Shown in pieces: positions 9,589 to 18,991 of a stretch of 64,000 nucleotides of DNA. The DNA comes from an uncultured Candidatus Berkelbacteria bacterium (GTDB lineage: Bacteria; Patescibacteriota; UBA1384; UBA12157; JAENIV01). A model generated the notes under the pieces. That model did not search any database and had not been told where the DNA came from. It saw only the letters and a list, made by a program, of their open reading frames with translations. Position 1 is the first letter of the stretch. Each line of letters opens with the position of its first letter. Where the stretch lies: NCBI GenBank assembly GCA_963698075.1, contig OY969116.1, forward strand, positions 189,492 to 253,491. Reading direction: 5' to 3'. The position numbers and the translations under genes were made by a program.

Positions 9589-10551
9589 TTACTGCCAGTT
9601 CCAATTGGCAAAACCCCATTCCAAAAGTTTTTGGCTTTCAGCCGCTGAGGCGGTAATTGAGTTCTGATTAGTATTTAAAACGACGCTTAAAATTTCGTGG
9701 CCATCTTTTTGGGCGGCGGAAACCAAACAATGACCGGCAGCATAAGTAAAACCGGTTTTAACCCCAATTGCTAAAGGATAAAAAAACGGATCATCACTTT
9801 TAACCAATCGATTGGAACTTTTGAGGGCGTGAATAATTGAACCATCAACTGAAGTAATTGTCGTCTCGGGGGTTTTGACAATTTCACGAAAAGTTTGATG
9901 GCGTAGGGCGAAACTGGCCAAAATTGCTAAATCATGAGGAGTGGAATAGCCGGCATCATCTAAGCCTGCCGGGTCGGCAAAATGAGTATTTTCTAGGCCC
10001 AATCGCCTTGCCTTACTATTCATTCTAGCAACAAAAGCGTCTTTTCCACCAAAATAAATGGCCAAAGCAGTGGCAGTATCATTCCCGGACATAATTAAAA
10101 GTCCTTTTAGTAAATTTTCGACAGTAATTTTTTCACCGGAAACTAATTTAATGTCTGAGCCCTCGACAGCTATCATCGGATAAGTAATGCTAACAACGTC
10201 GTTGAGTTTGTCTTCGTAGTCTTCTAAAACCACCACCGCCGTCATAATTTTCGTGGTTGAGGCAATCGGCATTTTTTCGTCGGCGTTTTTGGCATACATC
10301 ACGTAAGCGCTGGAAACATCAGTCAAAATCGCGGCTTTAGCGGCAATTTGAGGGTCGGAAGCTTCCAAACTCTTCTCTGGGGGCCTTACAAGGGCTTTTT
10401 TATCAGGTTGGGGTAGATTGACTTCCTCTCCGGCTACTTTGATCAAAAAAGTCGTTTTTGCCTTTGAAACCACGTTAGTTGTAATAATTAACTGCCAAAC
10501 GAGGACGATAAAAAAAAGACCACTAATTAGCCAAATAATTTTTACCTTCAT
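9589..10551 (-). CDS. D-alanyl-D-alanine carboxypeptidase (peptidase S11)
   Basis: ASTTK (SxxK), SGN, KTG motifs; N-terminal anchor. Confidence 0.93.
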   Translation of the reverse strand: MKVKIIWLISGLFFIVLVWQLIITTNVVSKAKTTFLIKVAGEEVNLPQPDKKALVRPPEKSLEASDPQIAAKAAILTDVSSAYVMYAKNADEKMPIASTTKIMTAVVVLEDYEDKLNDVVSITYPMIAVEGSDIKLVSGEKITVENLLKGLLIMSGNDTATALAIYFGGKDAFVARMNSKARRLGLENTHFADPAGLDDAGYSTPHDLAILASFALRHQTFREIVKTPETTITSVDGSIIHALKSSNRLVKSDDPFFYPLAIGVKTGFTYAAGHCLVSAAQKDGHEILSVVLNTNQNSITASAAESQKLLEWGFANWNWQ

Positions 10552-11933
10552 TTTTTCTTGTCAATCTTAAGATGAAGCTCTTTTAATTGTTTTTGGTCAT
10601 CAACTTCGGCCGGAGCTTTCATCATTAAATCGCGGCCATCGCCGGTTTTCGGAAAGGCAATTGTCTCACGAATTGAATCCTCGCCGGCCAAAATCATTAC
10701 CAAACGATCCAGGCCCCAGGCAATCCCGCCATGAGGCGGCACACCATATTCAAAAGCTTTGAGTAAGTGGCCAAAACGTTCCTGAATTTCTTTTTTGTTG
10801 TAGCCTAAAACTTCAAAGACCTTTTCTAATATCTTGGGGGCGTGACTGCGAATACTGCCACCACCGAGTTCTTGGCCATTTAAAATCAAGTCGTATTGGG
10901 TAGTCCGGATGGACTCAATCTCGCCTTTGAGAAACTTTTTTTTATCTTTCTTAACCGGATCAGAAAACGGATTATGAGTGAAGGTCCAATTAGCTTCGTT
11001 ATTTTTCTCAAAAAACGGAAAATCAATCACCCAGCAGAAAGCCAATTCGTCGGCATCCTTTTTATTGCGGCGTAAATCTGGTCGATCGGTATGATATTTT
11101 TTTTGAACTTCATCGAAACTGAGTACCGGAAATAGTTCTTCGGTAAGTTTTTTGTTGGGCGTAATTTTTTTAACAATCGCCTTGCCAAGTTTTTCATTAA
11201 TTTCCATGACGTCTTTTTGTTCGGCAAAACTCATCTCCAAATCAAGTTGGGTATGCTCGGGTTGGCGATCACCGCGCGGATCTTCATCGCGAAAACAACG
11301 GGCAATCTGAAAATATTTTTCCACTCCGGCAATCATGAGGAGTTGCTTAAATTGTTGTGGCGACTGCGGCAGAGCATAAAACTTTCCCGGCTGCTGACGC
11401 GAGGGCACTAAATAATCGCGGGCGCCTTCAGGAGTCGATTTAGTCAAATTAGGGGTCTCAATTTCCCAAAAACCTTCTCTATCGAGCCAGTCGCGAATAA
11501 ATTTGATCGTTTTGTACCTGAGTTCAAGGATCTTTTGCATCCGTTCGGTTCTAAGATCCAAATAGCGGTATTCCATCCGTAAATCTTCGGCAATTTTTTT
11601 GGTATCGGTCGTCAAATCAAAAGGTGGCGTGTTGGCTTCGGCTAAGATCTCGAGATTTTCTGCCTCAACCTCAACTTTTCCGGTGGCAATTTTTGAGTTG
11701 TCCATGCCCTCCGGCCGCTTTTTAACTGTACCAGATATCGCCACGACATATTCAGGCCGTAATTTATCGGCTTTCTCATGCAATTCTCCCGAAAGAACCA
11801 CTTGGACTAAACCAGAACGATCTCTTAAATCAATAAAAATCAGTTTGCCGTGATCACGGCGGGCATGAACCCAGCCGGCCAAATTGACCTTCTCGCCGAC
11901 CATTTCAGCTGTTTGAATATTTGCTACTTTCAT
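10548..11933 (-). CDS. aspS: aspartate--tRNA ligase, short form without GAD insert
   Basis: RRDHGKLIFIDLRD, LPQSPQQFKQ, PPHGGIAWGLDR. Confidence 0.97.
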   Translation of the reverse strand: MKVANIQTAEMVGEKVNLAGWVHARRDHGKLIFIDLRDRSGLVQVVLSGELHEKADKLRPEYVVAISGTVKKRPEGMDNSKIATGKVEVEAENLEILAEANTPPFDLTTDTKKIAEDLRMEYRYLDLRTERMQKILELRYKTIKFIRDWLDREGFWEIETPNLTKSTPEGARDYLVPSRQQPGKFYALPQSPQQFKQLLMIAGVEKYFQIARCFRDEDPRGDRQPEHTQLDLEMSFAEQKDVMEINEKLGKAIVKKITPNKKLTEELFPVLSFDEVQKKYHTDRPDLRRNKKDADELAFCWVIDFPFFEKNNEANWTFTHNPFSDPVKKDKKKFLKGEIESIRTTQYDLILNGQELGGGSIRSHAPKILEKVFEVLGYNKKEIQERFGHLLKAFEYGVPPHGGIAWGLDRLVMILAGEDSIRETIAFPKTGDGRDLMMKAPAEVDDQKQLKELHLKIDKKK

Positions 11934-11971
11934 AAATCCCTTCTTCTTTAAGATAACATAACTTTCCACAG

Positions 11972-12000
11972 TTGACAATTAAAAATTTTGATGATAAGAT
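11972..12000 (+). promoter_or_regulatory. sigma70 promoter
   Basis: TTGACA-17-TAAGAT. Confidence 0.75.
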
Positions 12001-12071
12001 AAAAATTCGCTAAGGATCTCCCTCGGGCGAGGGGTTCTTTGGCAGAAACTATCACAGGAGACAGTAACAGC

Positions 12072-12329
12072 ATGAAGCATCGCAAAAGCCCGGTGCAAAG
12101 ACTTGAGGAGTTCATTCTGACAAATCGTGGCACAACTGGGACACCAAGGCTCTTCGCCTTGGCTACCGGCCTCGAAGTCGAGGTCGTCGATGCGGTCCTC
12201 CAGACCATCGAGAACCGCGTCGTGATCCAATTGCGCCCAGGCATCTGGGGTTACAACCCCGCTTACCGCCACGAGCGTCAACCTGTTCCGGCAGCCGAAC
12301 TCAACGCGGTTGCAACCGTATCCACCTGA
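12072..12329 (+). CDS. small ORFan, possible winged-helix protein (85 aa)
   Basis: AGGAG RBS, own promoter and downstream hairpin; GC-richer codons than flanks. Confidence 0.7.
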   Translation: MKHRKSPVQRLEEFILTNRGTTGTPRLFALATGLEVEVVDAVLQTIENRVVIQLRPGIWGYNPAYRHERQPVPAAELNAVATVST

Positions 12330-12340
12330 ACCTGAGTACC

Positions 12341-12366
12341 GTCCCCCTGCCACCCGGCTGGGGGAC
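12341..12366 (+). terminator. hairpin between convergent genes
   Basis: GTCCCCC...GGGGGAC. Confidence 0.55.
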
Positions 12367-12383
12367 ATCTGTTTATTTATAGA

Positions 12384-14297
12384 CTATTTAGACCTTAATT
12401 TTGCTTGAAATTGATCTTCGACCTTCGAAATAACGTTATTAATTATCTCTCGAGTTTCAGTTTCTGCCAGTGGTTTCTTCATCCCTTGAAGCCAAACATG
12501 GAAGGCAAGATTCTTCGTCCCATTTTTAAATAAAAATTCGTCGAATATTTCAACTAAAAGAATCTTATCGTCAGTTGATTTAATCACTTTAGCAACTTTA
12601 TCCGACCCAATCGCATCTTTGACCACAAAGGCTAGATCGCGGACAGTAGGCGCAAATTGGGAGATCGGCTGATACTTGTTTTGAGAAATCTTAAGATTAT
12701 ATTTTTGCGGCTTGATTTTAATTTCACCAACATCAACAAGAACATATATTATTGGTCGGCGGATTTTGTATAAATTAAGGACGTTTTGGGGAACTTTTTG
12801 AGTCTTTTTTTTGACTCCTAAAAACTCCAGTCGCATCTTAAGATTGATATCATCTTTGTCGGTGGTGGCAATGCCAAGTTGCCATCTCTCGGTGTTCGAG
12901 GTAAAAACTTTCTCAATTTCAAAAATATTGATTTCCGGCGCCCAAGGATTTTTCGCCATGGTAGACAAAAGCGACGGTAAGATAGAAGGTCGCAAATATT
13001 GGGTTTCCGGCGACAGAGGATTGGCAACTTCAACGCAATCTGCGATTTCAGTTTCCAAAGCCTCAATTTTATCTCGCTCGGCAAAACTATAGGAATAAAT
13101 TTCCGTGAAATTAAAATCCGCTAAATAATCCTTAATATATTCCCTCTTTTGAAATTCTTCATTTTCTGTTTGTGACCCGCCTGCCGTCGAGGCAGGTTTG
13201 ATGCTTTGGATTTGAGATTTTCTAATGTTGTTGTATCCATACGATCTCGCAATTTCTTCGGCTAAATCTTGCCAAATTTTAACGTCGTAGGCACGATAAG
13301 ATGGGACGGTCACGACGTTATCTTTTACTTCAAAACCTAATCGCTTAAGATATTCATCAGCAGTTTCTAAAGTGACATCCGTGCCGAGCAATTTATTGAC
13401 TCGATCAATATCAAACTCAATTTTGTTAGACTTTAGATTTTCTGACTTTATATCAACTAAATCGCCAATTTTAGCGTTTGGACAGGATTCTTTGATCATC
13501 GTTGCCGCCATATCGATGCCTAAAATAGTTCCTTCGAAATCAACTCCTCGTTCGTATCGATAGGAGGCATCGGTAACATGATTAAGATATTTTGAGGTTT
13601 TTCTTATGAATATTGGGTCAAAGATGGCGCCTTGTAAAACGATGGTTTTAGTCTTTTCATCAACTTCGGATTTTATTCCGCCCATAATACCAGCGAGATC
13701 ATAGATTTTTTTATTATCTTCAATAATAATGGCGCCGTCGTCTAAAACGCGATTTTGACCGTCCAAAGTCATTACCTCTTCGCCCTTTTTTGCTTGGCGA
13801 ATCCGCATTAGACCATTTTTGATTTTGTCGTAATCAAAGGCGTGCAGCGGTTGACCGGTAGCCACCATCACATAGTTTGTAATATCAACAATATTATTAA
13901 TCGGCCGAAAACCATATGTTGCCAAACGTTCTTGAACCTCTTTTAAAGACTTCCCTATCTTGATATTATCGATAATTCGCGCCGTAAACCTTCGACAAAT
14001 TTCCGGCTTTTCAATTTTAATATCAATATTTTTCTCAATCTTTTCTGTTTTAAGTTGCAGTTTTAAGTTTTGCGTTTTAAGTTTTAAGTTATATAATGCA
14101 GCTATTTCTCTCGCGATTCCTAAAATCGAAAGGCAGTCTCCCCTATTCGGTGTAATTTCTAAATCAAGCACATAATCATCGCCTATTTTTTCAACCGATT
14201 CGACTTCATGTCCAAACAAACTTAAATCCTCCGCCAGCTGCTCTGGGGTTTTATCAATCTCGACATAGTCTTTTAGCCAGTTATAAGAAATTTTCAT
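12384..14297 (-). CDS. pheT: phenylalanine--tRNA ligase beta subunit (lacks B2 OB domain)
   Basis: MKISYNWL, ITPNRGDCLS, GQPLHAFD, QDLAEEIAR, RDLAF. Confidence 0.96.
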   Translation of the reverse strand: MKISYNWLKDYVEIDKTPEQLAEDLSLFGHEVESVEKIGDDYVLDLEITPNRGDCLSILGIAREIAALYNLKLKTQNLKLQLKTEKIEKNIDIKIEKPEICRRFTARIIDNIKIGKSLKEVQERLATYGFRPINNIVDITNYVMVATGQPLHAFDYDKIKNGLMRIRQAKKGEEVMTLDGQNRVLDDGAIIIEDNKKIYDLAGIMGGIKSEVDEKTKTIVLQGAIFDPIFIRKTSKYLNHVTDASYRYERGVDFEGTILGIDMAATMIKESCPNAKIGDLVDIKSENLKSNKIEFDIDRVNKLLGTDVTLETADEYLKRLGFEVKDNVVTVPSYRAYDVKIWQDLAEEIARSYGYNNIRKSQIQSIKPASTAGGSQTENEEFQKREYIKDYLADFNFTEIYSYSFAERDKIEALETEIADCVEVANPLSPETQYLRPSILPSLLSTMAKNPWAPEINIFEIEKVFTSNTERWQLGIATTDKDDINLKMRLEFLGVKKKTQKVPQNVLNLYKIRRPIIYVLVDVGEIKIKPQKYNLKISQNKYQPISQFAPTVRDLAFVVKDAIGSDKVAKVIKSTDDKILLVEIFDEFLFKNGTKNLAFHVWLQGMKKPLAETETREIINNVISKVEDQFQAKLRSK

Positions 14298-14560
14298 TGT
14301 CTTCGGTATTTATATGTAAAAATTATCATTAATAAATTTGCAAAACAGAATAGAATTTCAACAATTGTATAGGATGTATTCTTAATGGCGATGGCATATA
14401 CTAGCAGTAATATATTTCCTAGCAACCACGCATACCATGCCAAGACACTAATACCAGTTGAATCTTTTACTTTAATCAGATGATAAAACTGAGGTAAATA
14501 TGCCGTGATTCCAATGACACCACCAATAACCGCCCCAATTGCCAAGATATTTATAATCAT
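14294..14560 (-). CDS. PQ-loop/SemiSWEET-like small transporter
   Basis: AYLPQFYHLIKVKDSTGIS, 3 TM; inserted between pheS and pheT. Confidence 0.85.
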   Translation of the reverse strand: MIINILAIGAVIGGVIGITAYLPQFYHLIKVKDSTGISVLAWYAWLLGNILLLVYAIAIKNTSYTIVEILFCFANLLMIIFTYKYRRQ

Positions 14561-15277
14561 TTAAAATTGCTTTAAAAATCTTAAATCTCCGCTATACGAT
14601 AATCGAATATCATCAATATCAAAATATTGCATCATATAGCGGTCAATGCCCATGCCAAACATAATTGCCTGCCATTGGTCGGGATCGATACCCATATTTT
14701 TCAAAACAATCGGATGCCCCATGCCCGAGCCGAGCATTTCCTGCCATTTTTGGATTCCATTTTGATTTTTGATTTTTGATTTTTTATTTATCAATATATC
14801 CATATCCATTCCCGGCTCGACAAAAGGATAAAGATGCGGCCTAACACGGGTTTCAATTTTATCGCCAAAAAGTTCTTTCATATAACCATCGAGTAGTCCG
14901 ATCAAATGACCCATATTCAAATCTTTATCTACGGCAATGCCGTCAATTTGGTAAAAAGTGTGTTCGTGGACTGGGTCGGTGGCTTCATGGCGGAAACAGC
15001 GGCCGGGGATAATTAATCTAAATGGTGGTTTTAAATTATTTTCTTTGACAAATCGGACATCGACGGCCGTCGTATGAGTTCTTAAAATCTTTCCATCCTT
15101 GGTCCAAAAAGTATCTTGAATATCACGTGACGGATGAATCGCGGGAACATTCAGGGCATCAAAATTAAACCACTCAGTTTCAATTTCCGGACCTTCAACA
15201 ATTTGAAAACCTCTTTCGCTAAAATAACCAAGTGAGGCACGCATAAATTGAGTTAAAGGATGTAAATGACCTTTCAT
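14561..15277 (-). CDS. pheS: phenylalanine--tRNA ligase alpha subunit (catalytic core only)
   Basis: GHLHPL, NFDALN, YPFVEPG, FGMGIDR, DLRFLKQF. Confidence 0.96.
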   Translation of the reverse strand: MKGHLHPLTQFMRASLGYFSERGFQIVEGPEIETEWFNFDALNVPAIHPSRDIQDTFWTKDGKILRTHTTAVDVRFVKENNLKPPFRLIIPGRCFRHEATDPVHEHTFYQIDGIAVDKDLNMGHLIGLLDGYMKELFGDKIETRVRPHLYPFVEPGMDMDILINKKSKIKNQNGIQKWQEMLGSGMGHPIVLKNMGIDPDQWQAIMFGMGIDRYMMQYFDIDDIRLSYSGDLRFLKQF

Positions 15278-15666
15278 AAGGTTCCTCGCTGATTAATCTT
15301 TTTCGAACGAAAAAATAATTCAAGCATCCCCACCGCCAAAACAAATAATATTGCCACCCACCAGCTTAAAACTCGAATCTGTTGTAAAAAGAGCAATCCC
15401 GTGAAAGCCAAAGCGATGATTAATGATTGCCTGAGCGTCGGCACGAGGTGGGCAAAAATAACTTCGCGGTTAGAAACCCAAACTTTTAAATAAAATCCGA
15501 TCAAACTAAAAAGAGCGGCTAAAAAAAGATAAACGGCCAAGTAAAATAAGATTAACATCCAAAAGGGGATCTGGAAAGGATTGACGTTAAAGATGATAAA
15601 AACCGCGAGCCCGGCCGTTAAAATTAAGGCGGCGTAGAGACTAAAAAGGTAAAGTCTTAAAATCAT
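15274..15666 (-). CDS. conserved hypothetical membrane protein
   Basis: 4 TM, overlapping start/stop with neighbours. Confidence 0.8.
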   Translation of the reverse strand: MILRLYLFSLYAALILTAGLAVFIIFNVNPFQIPFWMLILFYLAVYLFLAALFSLIGFYLKVWVSNREVIFAHLVPTLRQSLIIALAFTGLLFLQQIRVLSWWVAILFVLAVGMLELFFRSKKINQRGTL

Positions 15667-15989
15667 AAATTTTCTAATATTTCTTCGACGCGGTTAATTT
15701 TTTCAAGACCTCTATCGAGCTTAAAATCTAATTTCGGCGTATATTTCATCTCAAGTTTTCGACCTAAATAATGCTGAAAATCTTTCGTTTTTGCATTTAA
15801 CTTTCTTAAAACTTCATCTTGATACTGTTTTTCTAAACAAGAAATATAGATAATCGCATTTTTGAGATCCATTGTCAAATCAACATCAATAATTGTCACC
15901 ATCCCATAATCCTCAGCCAAATTCGCTTTAATCATTCCCGCCAGTATTTGTTTTAAGAGCTCGGCAACCTTTGCCACTCTTCTTGTCAT
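15663..15989 (-). CDS. rbfA: ribosome-binding factor A
   Basis: RVAKVAELLK, VDLTMDLKNA, KYTPKLDF. Confidence 0.92.
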   Translation of the reverse strand: MTRRVAKVAELLKQILAGMIKANLAEDYGMVTIIDVDLTMDLKNAIIYISCLEKQYQDEVLRKLNAKTKDFQHYLGRKLEMKYTPKLDFKLDRGLEKINRVEEILENL

Positions 15990-16106
15990 AAGTTTAAAAT
16001 AGCATATTTAGGCCGATTTTACAAAAAAATATTAAATTTAGCCAAAAGATTTGATTTTTAATAGCTGACGGGTTAAAATAAATTCGGGGCGCACTTACAA
16101 TCGGAG

Positions 16107-16529
16107 GTGAAGAGAATGTTTCACTGGATGGCAATGTTGAAATCTGTTGGATTATGGATCTGGAAAGTCGTGCTGGCTGAACTTTATGCCGATTTTGTCC
16201 CTCGATGGTTGAAACGACCAGTGTTAGAAACTGATCATACTGTTGATCGGGTACTGATGCTTTCTACGGCTTTGAAACTTCCTTTCGCAATGGTTTTGAT
16301 CTATCACGCGATTACACCCCCAGTGAATCCAGCGTTTAAGCAACTGTTGGGAACTATTAGCATCTATCTTCTGATAGATTTTACCTACCAGATGTTTGAT
16401 ATAGGTTATTGCGCTAACCGGAAAATTCTGCGTCAGAGTGCCACACTAATAGTTGATGTACCATTTTATCTCTTCTGGTTTGGTTGGCGACGAGTTTTAG
16501 CAGCAGCCGCAGCTAAAATCAACGGCTAG
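16107..16529 (+). CDS. hypothetical membrane protein (start 16107 or 16116)
   Basis: GGAGG RBS, hydrophobic helices. Confidence 0.7.
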   Translation: MKRMFHWMAMLKSVGLWIWKVVLAELYADFVPRWLKRPVLETDHTVDRVLMLSTALKLPFAMVLIYHAITPPVNPAFKQLLGTISIYLLIDFTYQMFDIGYCANRKILRQSATLIVDVPFYLFWFGWRRVLAAAAAKING

Positions 16530-16550
16530 CCGACAAGGAGACGCGAAGAG

Positions 16551-16715
16551 ATGCACGCACTAGAAATCGGATTTCGAATGTTTAGCCTTGGCGCCGCGCT
16601 ATCATTTGCAGGGCTGGCGATACTGATCGCCAAATGGCCGTATTCCAAACTCGCCTTGAAAATGATACTTTCTGGAGTAATTCTAGCACTTATTGGAATC
16701 TTTGTCTGGAGGTGA
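16551..16715 (+). CDS. small 2-TM protein (54 aa), not in the ORF track
   Basis: AAGGAG RBS; MHALEIGFRMFSLGAALSFAGLAILIAKWPYSKLALKMILSGVILALIGIFVWR. Confidence 0.7.
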   Translation: MHALEIGFRMFSLGAALSFAGLAILIAKWPYSKLALKMILSGVILALIGIFVWR

Positions 16716-16721
16716 GAAAGA

Positions 16722-16997
16722 ATGGACACCGCAACCAGTTTACTGGTAATCAGAAATGGTTTCTTCGTCGCGGGAACTGTTTCAGCTGGTTTAGGCCTTC
16801 TTTTCTTAGGAATATACCTTCTTTCAAATCGCTCTAAGAAATATCCCCCGTTGACCCCTAAAGGTAATTCTCGTTGGAATATCATGCGTGCTTATCTCGG
16901 GAATCGTAAATTTACTCAGATAACCGTAGACAACCCTCACCTGATCCGTATTCTTCAGCGCAGGACATTTAGTCTCTGCGCTTTTTGCGTTTTTTGA
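16722..16997 (+). CDS. small membrane-anchored hypothetical protein
   Basis: GGAGGTGA RBS overlapping the upstream stop; N-terminal TM. Confidence 0.6.
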   Translation: MDTATSLLVIRNGFFVAGTVSAGLGLLFLGIYLLSNRSKKYPPLTPKGNSRWNIMRAYLGNRKFTQITVDNPHLIRILQRRTFSLCAFCVF

Positions 16998-17020
16998 CCT
17001 CCGCTAACGTAAACACAGCA

Positions 17021-17046
17021 AACCCGTGGTTGCTGACCACGGGTTG
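17021..17046. terminator. hairpin between convergent ORFans
   Basis: AACCCGTGGT-TGCTG-ACCACGGGTT. Confidence 0.65.
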
Positions 17047-17062
17047 AGGGATCGGATGTCTG

Positions 17063-17662
17063 TTATGTGACAAATCTGAGACGTCGGTGCAAACCATCGT
17101 AGGTGTAGTAGCGCTCAGATTCTTCGCCGAATTTGATCAAGTACAGCCGACCAAGCCAGAGGAAACCCCCGCGCTTAGTCGCTCCGACGGTCCGAGCTAA
17201 ACGGATTATATCTAACGGATCATTCTTCATCGGGTCCCTGACAACAGGGTCCCGGACGACAACGCAGGGTCGGCGAAAGCGACGTGACCGAATGTGAGAG
17301 ATGTTGGCTTGCTCAGATTGAATGGCTCCCTTAGCTTGCAGCGCACCGATAACATCCTCATTAATGCGAACCTCGATCGGTGTCTCAGAAACTTGCTCTT
17401 TAGAGACTTGAGCGAGCCGCATTAGCTGCTCGTCGAGCGAGCGAGTCGGATCGAGCAGCTGGAATGTGCCCGCCGGGTCCTGAACATGAAGTCTAATCGC
17501 CTCAACCGGAAGTTCCATTTTCTCGGCTAGGTTGCGAATGAAAACGTGAGTGTAGTAGCCGCGGCTCTCCATTTCAACTCTCGTAGTCCGGCCATCGCTG
17601 GCACGGAAGAGATATGTCACCTTTGGAGTATCAGATAGTTCCTTAGCCGGTATCTCTGCCAT
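17063..17662 (-). CDS. ORFan with N-terminal ubiquitin-like (beta-grasp) domain
   Basis: GGAG RBS; GRTTRVEME...LAEKMELPVEAIRL...AGTFQLLDPTRSLDE aligns by eye to the ubiquitin pattern. Confidence 0.6.
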   Translation of the reverse strand: MAEIPAKELSDTPKVTYLFRASDGRTTRVEMESRGYYTHVFIRNLAEKMELPVEAIRLHVQDPAGTFQLLDPTRSLDEQLMRLAQVSKEQVSETPIEVRINEDVIGALQAKGAIQSEQANISHIRSRRFRRPCVVVRDPVVRDPMKNDPLDIIRLARTVGATKRGGFLWLGRLYLIKFGEESERYYTYDGLHRRLRFVT

Positions 17663-17733
17663 TTCTTCTCCTCCAGAAGGGTTTGTCCCGACAGGAGAAC
17701 AATATCATAATAAGAATTACTAGTCAAGACAAC

Positions 17734-17763
17734 GCAAAACTCCGCCCGAAAGCGGAGTTTTGC
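17734..17763 (-). terminator. intrinsic terminator after rpsI
   Basis: GCAAAACTCCGC-CCGAAA-GCGGAGTTTTGC. Confidence 0.8.
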
Positions 17764-17793
17764 TAAAAATATGATAAGGTACAAATACCTAAT

Positions 17794-18171
17794 TTACCGT
17801 TTTTGCCACTGTGGAGCCCGTCTGGCGCCCTTGAGCCCAGGTTTCTTTCTTTCCTTCATTCTTGGGTCTCGTCGCAGATATCCCTCCACTTTTAAGGTTT
17901 TATGTAGATCTCCGTTCATTTTATCTAAAGCTCGGGAGACCCCTAAACGAATCGCTTCTTCTTGAGAGACCAGACCGCCACCGTGGACTCGAGCAAAAAT
18001 ATCCACCTTTTTATCGTAACCCGTAAGCTTCAGTGGCTCGGTGTAAACACGACTAGGGTTAGCGATCTCTTGGTCATTAATTTTAACTTTACCGCTGCCT
18101 TCGGCAATTCTGACTTTGGCAACCGCTGTTTTCCTCCGGCCGATGGCAATATTTTCTTTGAGCTTAGCCAT
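17794..18171 (-). CDS. rpsI: 30S ribosomal protein S9
   Basis: GRRKTAVAKV, RDPRMKERKKPGL...QWQKR. Confidence 0.97.
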   Translation of the reverse strand: MAKLKENIAIGRRKTAVAKVRIAEGSGKVKINDQEIANPSRVYTEPLKLTGYDKKVDIFARVHGGGLVSQEEAIRLGVSRALDKMNGDLHKTLKVEGYLRRDPRMKERKKPGLKGARRAPQWQKR

Positions 18172-18595
18172 TAGCGTCTCCATTATATATCTTAAGATTC
18201 TTTAAAAATTTATCTTGTAATTTATTTTTTGGAAGCATACCTCTAATGGCGCGCCAGAGAACTTCAGCGGGATTTTTACGCATTATTTCACCCATGGTTT
18301 CAAATTTAAGATTGCCCAAGTAGCCTGAATGCCGATAGTATCGTTTATCGGTCAATTTCTTGCCAGTGACCTTAATTTTGGCGGCATTAATAATTATCAC
18401 TTTATCGCCAGAAACTTGATAAGGTCGAAATCCCGGTTTATTTTTTCCTCGAAGCAAAACCGCCGCCTCCGTGGCTAAGCGACCCAAAATTTTACCCGTG
18501 GCATCAAGTGTTTGAGTTTGAATCTCTTTACTTGGTTTGGGCTTTTTTGGCTGATTTCTCTTTGGTAGAATTTTTTGACTTTTCTTTGGGGACAT
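18164..18595 (-). CDS. rplM: 50S ribosomal protein L13
   Basis: LDATGKILGRLA, YYRHSGYLG, RGMLPKN. Confidence 0.97.
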   Translation of the reverse strand: MSPKKSQKILPKRNQPKKPKPSKEIQTQTLDATGKILGRLATEAAVLLRGKNKPGFRPYQVSGDKVIIINAAKIKVTGKKLTDKRYYRHSGYLGNLKFETMGEIMRKNPAEVLWRAIRGMLPKNKLQDKFLKNLKIYNGDANG

Positions 18596-18974
18596 TTTTG
18601 TCCTTTTTGACTGGTTCTTTTATTTCGATTGGCTCACCGGCCGCTAATTTCATTAAAACCATTTCAGCGCTATCACCGAGTCGTGGACCTAATTTATAAA
18701 CGTGAATAAAACCGCTCTTAGTTTTGGCAAATCTGGGGACTAAGACTTCAAATATCTTCTTAACGGCTTTTTTATCAAAAAAATAACCCAAAAGCTGCCT
18801 TCTAGCCGCCAGATTATTTTTTTTGGCGTAAATGATTAGTCGCTCAAGGATGGGTTTAACTTCTCGCGCCTTGGCGGCCGTGGTTTTGATTTCTTCATAT
18901 AAAACTAGGGAGGTGGCTAAATTCCTCAAAAGATTCTTTCGGTGATTATCTTTACGTGAAAGTGAATTAGGCAT
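18528..18974 (-). CDS. rplQ: 50S ribosomal protein L17
   Basis: HRKNLLRNLATSL, IKTTAAKA, RLGDSAEM. Confidence 0.96.
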   Translation of the reverse strand: MPNSLSRKDNHRKNLLRNLATSLVLYEEIKTTAAKAREVKPILERLIIYAKKNNLAARRQLLGYFFDKKAVKKIFEVLVPRFAKTKSGFIHVYKLGPRLGDSAEMVLMKLAAGEPIEIKEPVKKDKNVPKEKSKNSTKEKSAKKAQTK

Positions 18975-18991
18975 TTTTGCTTAATGTAAAC

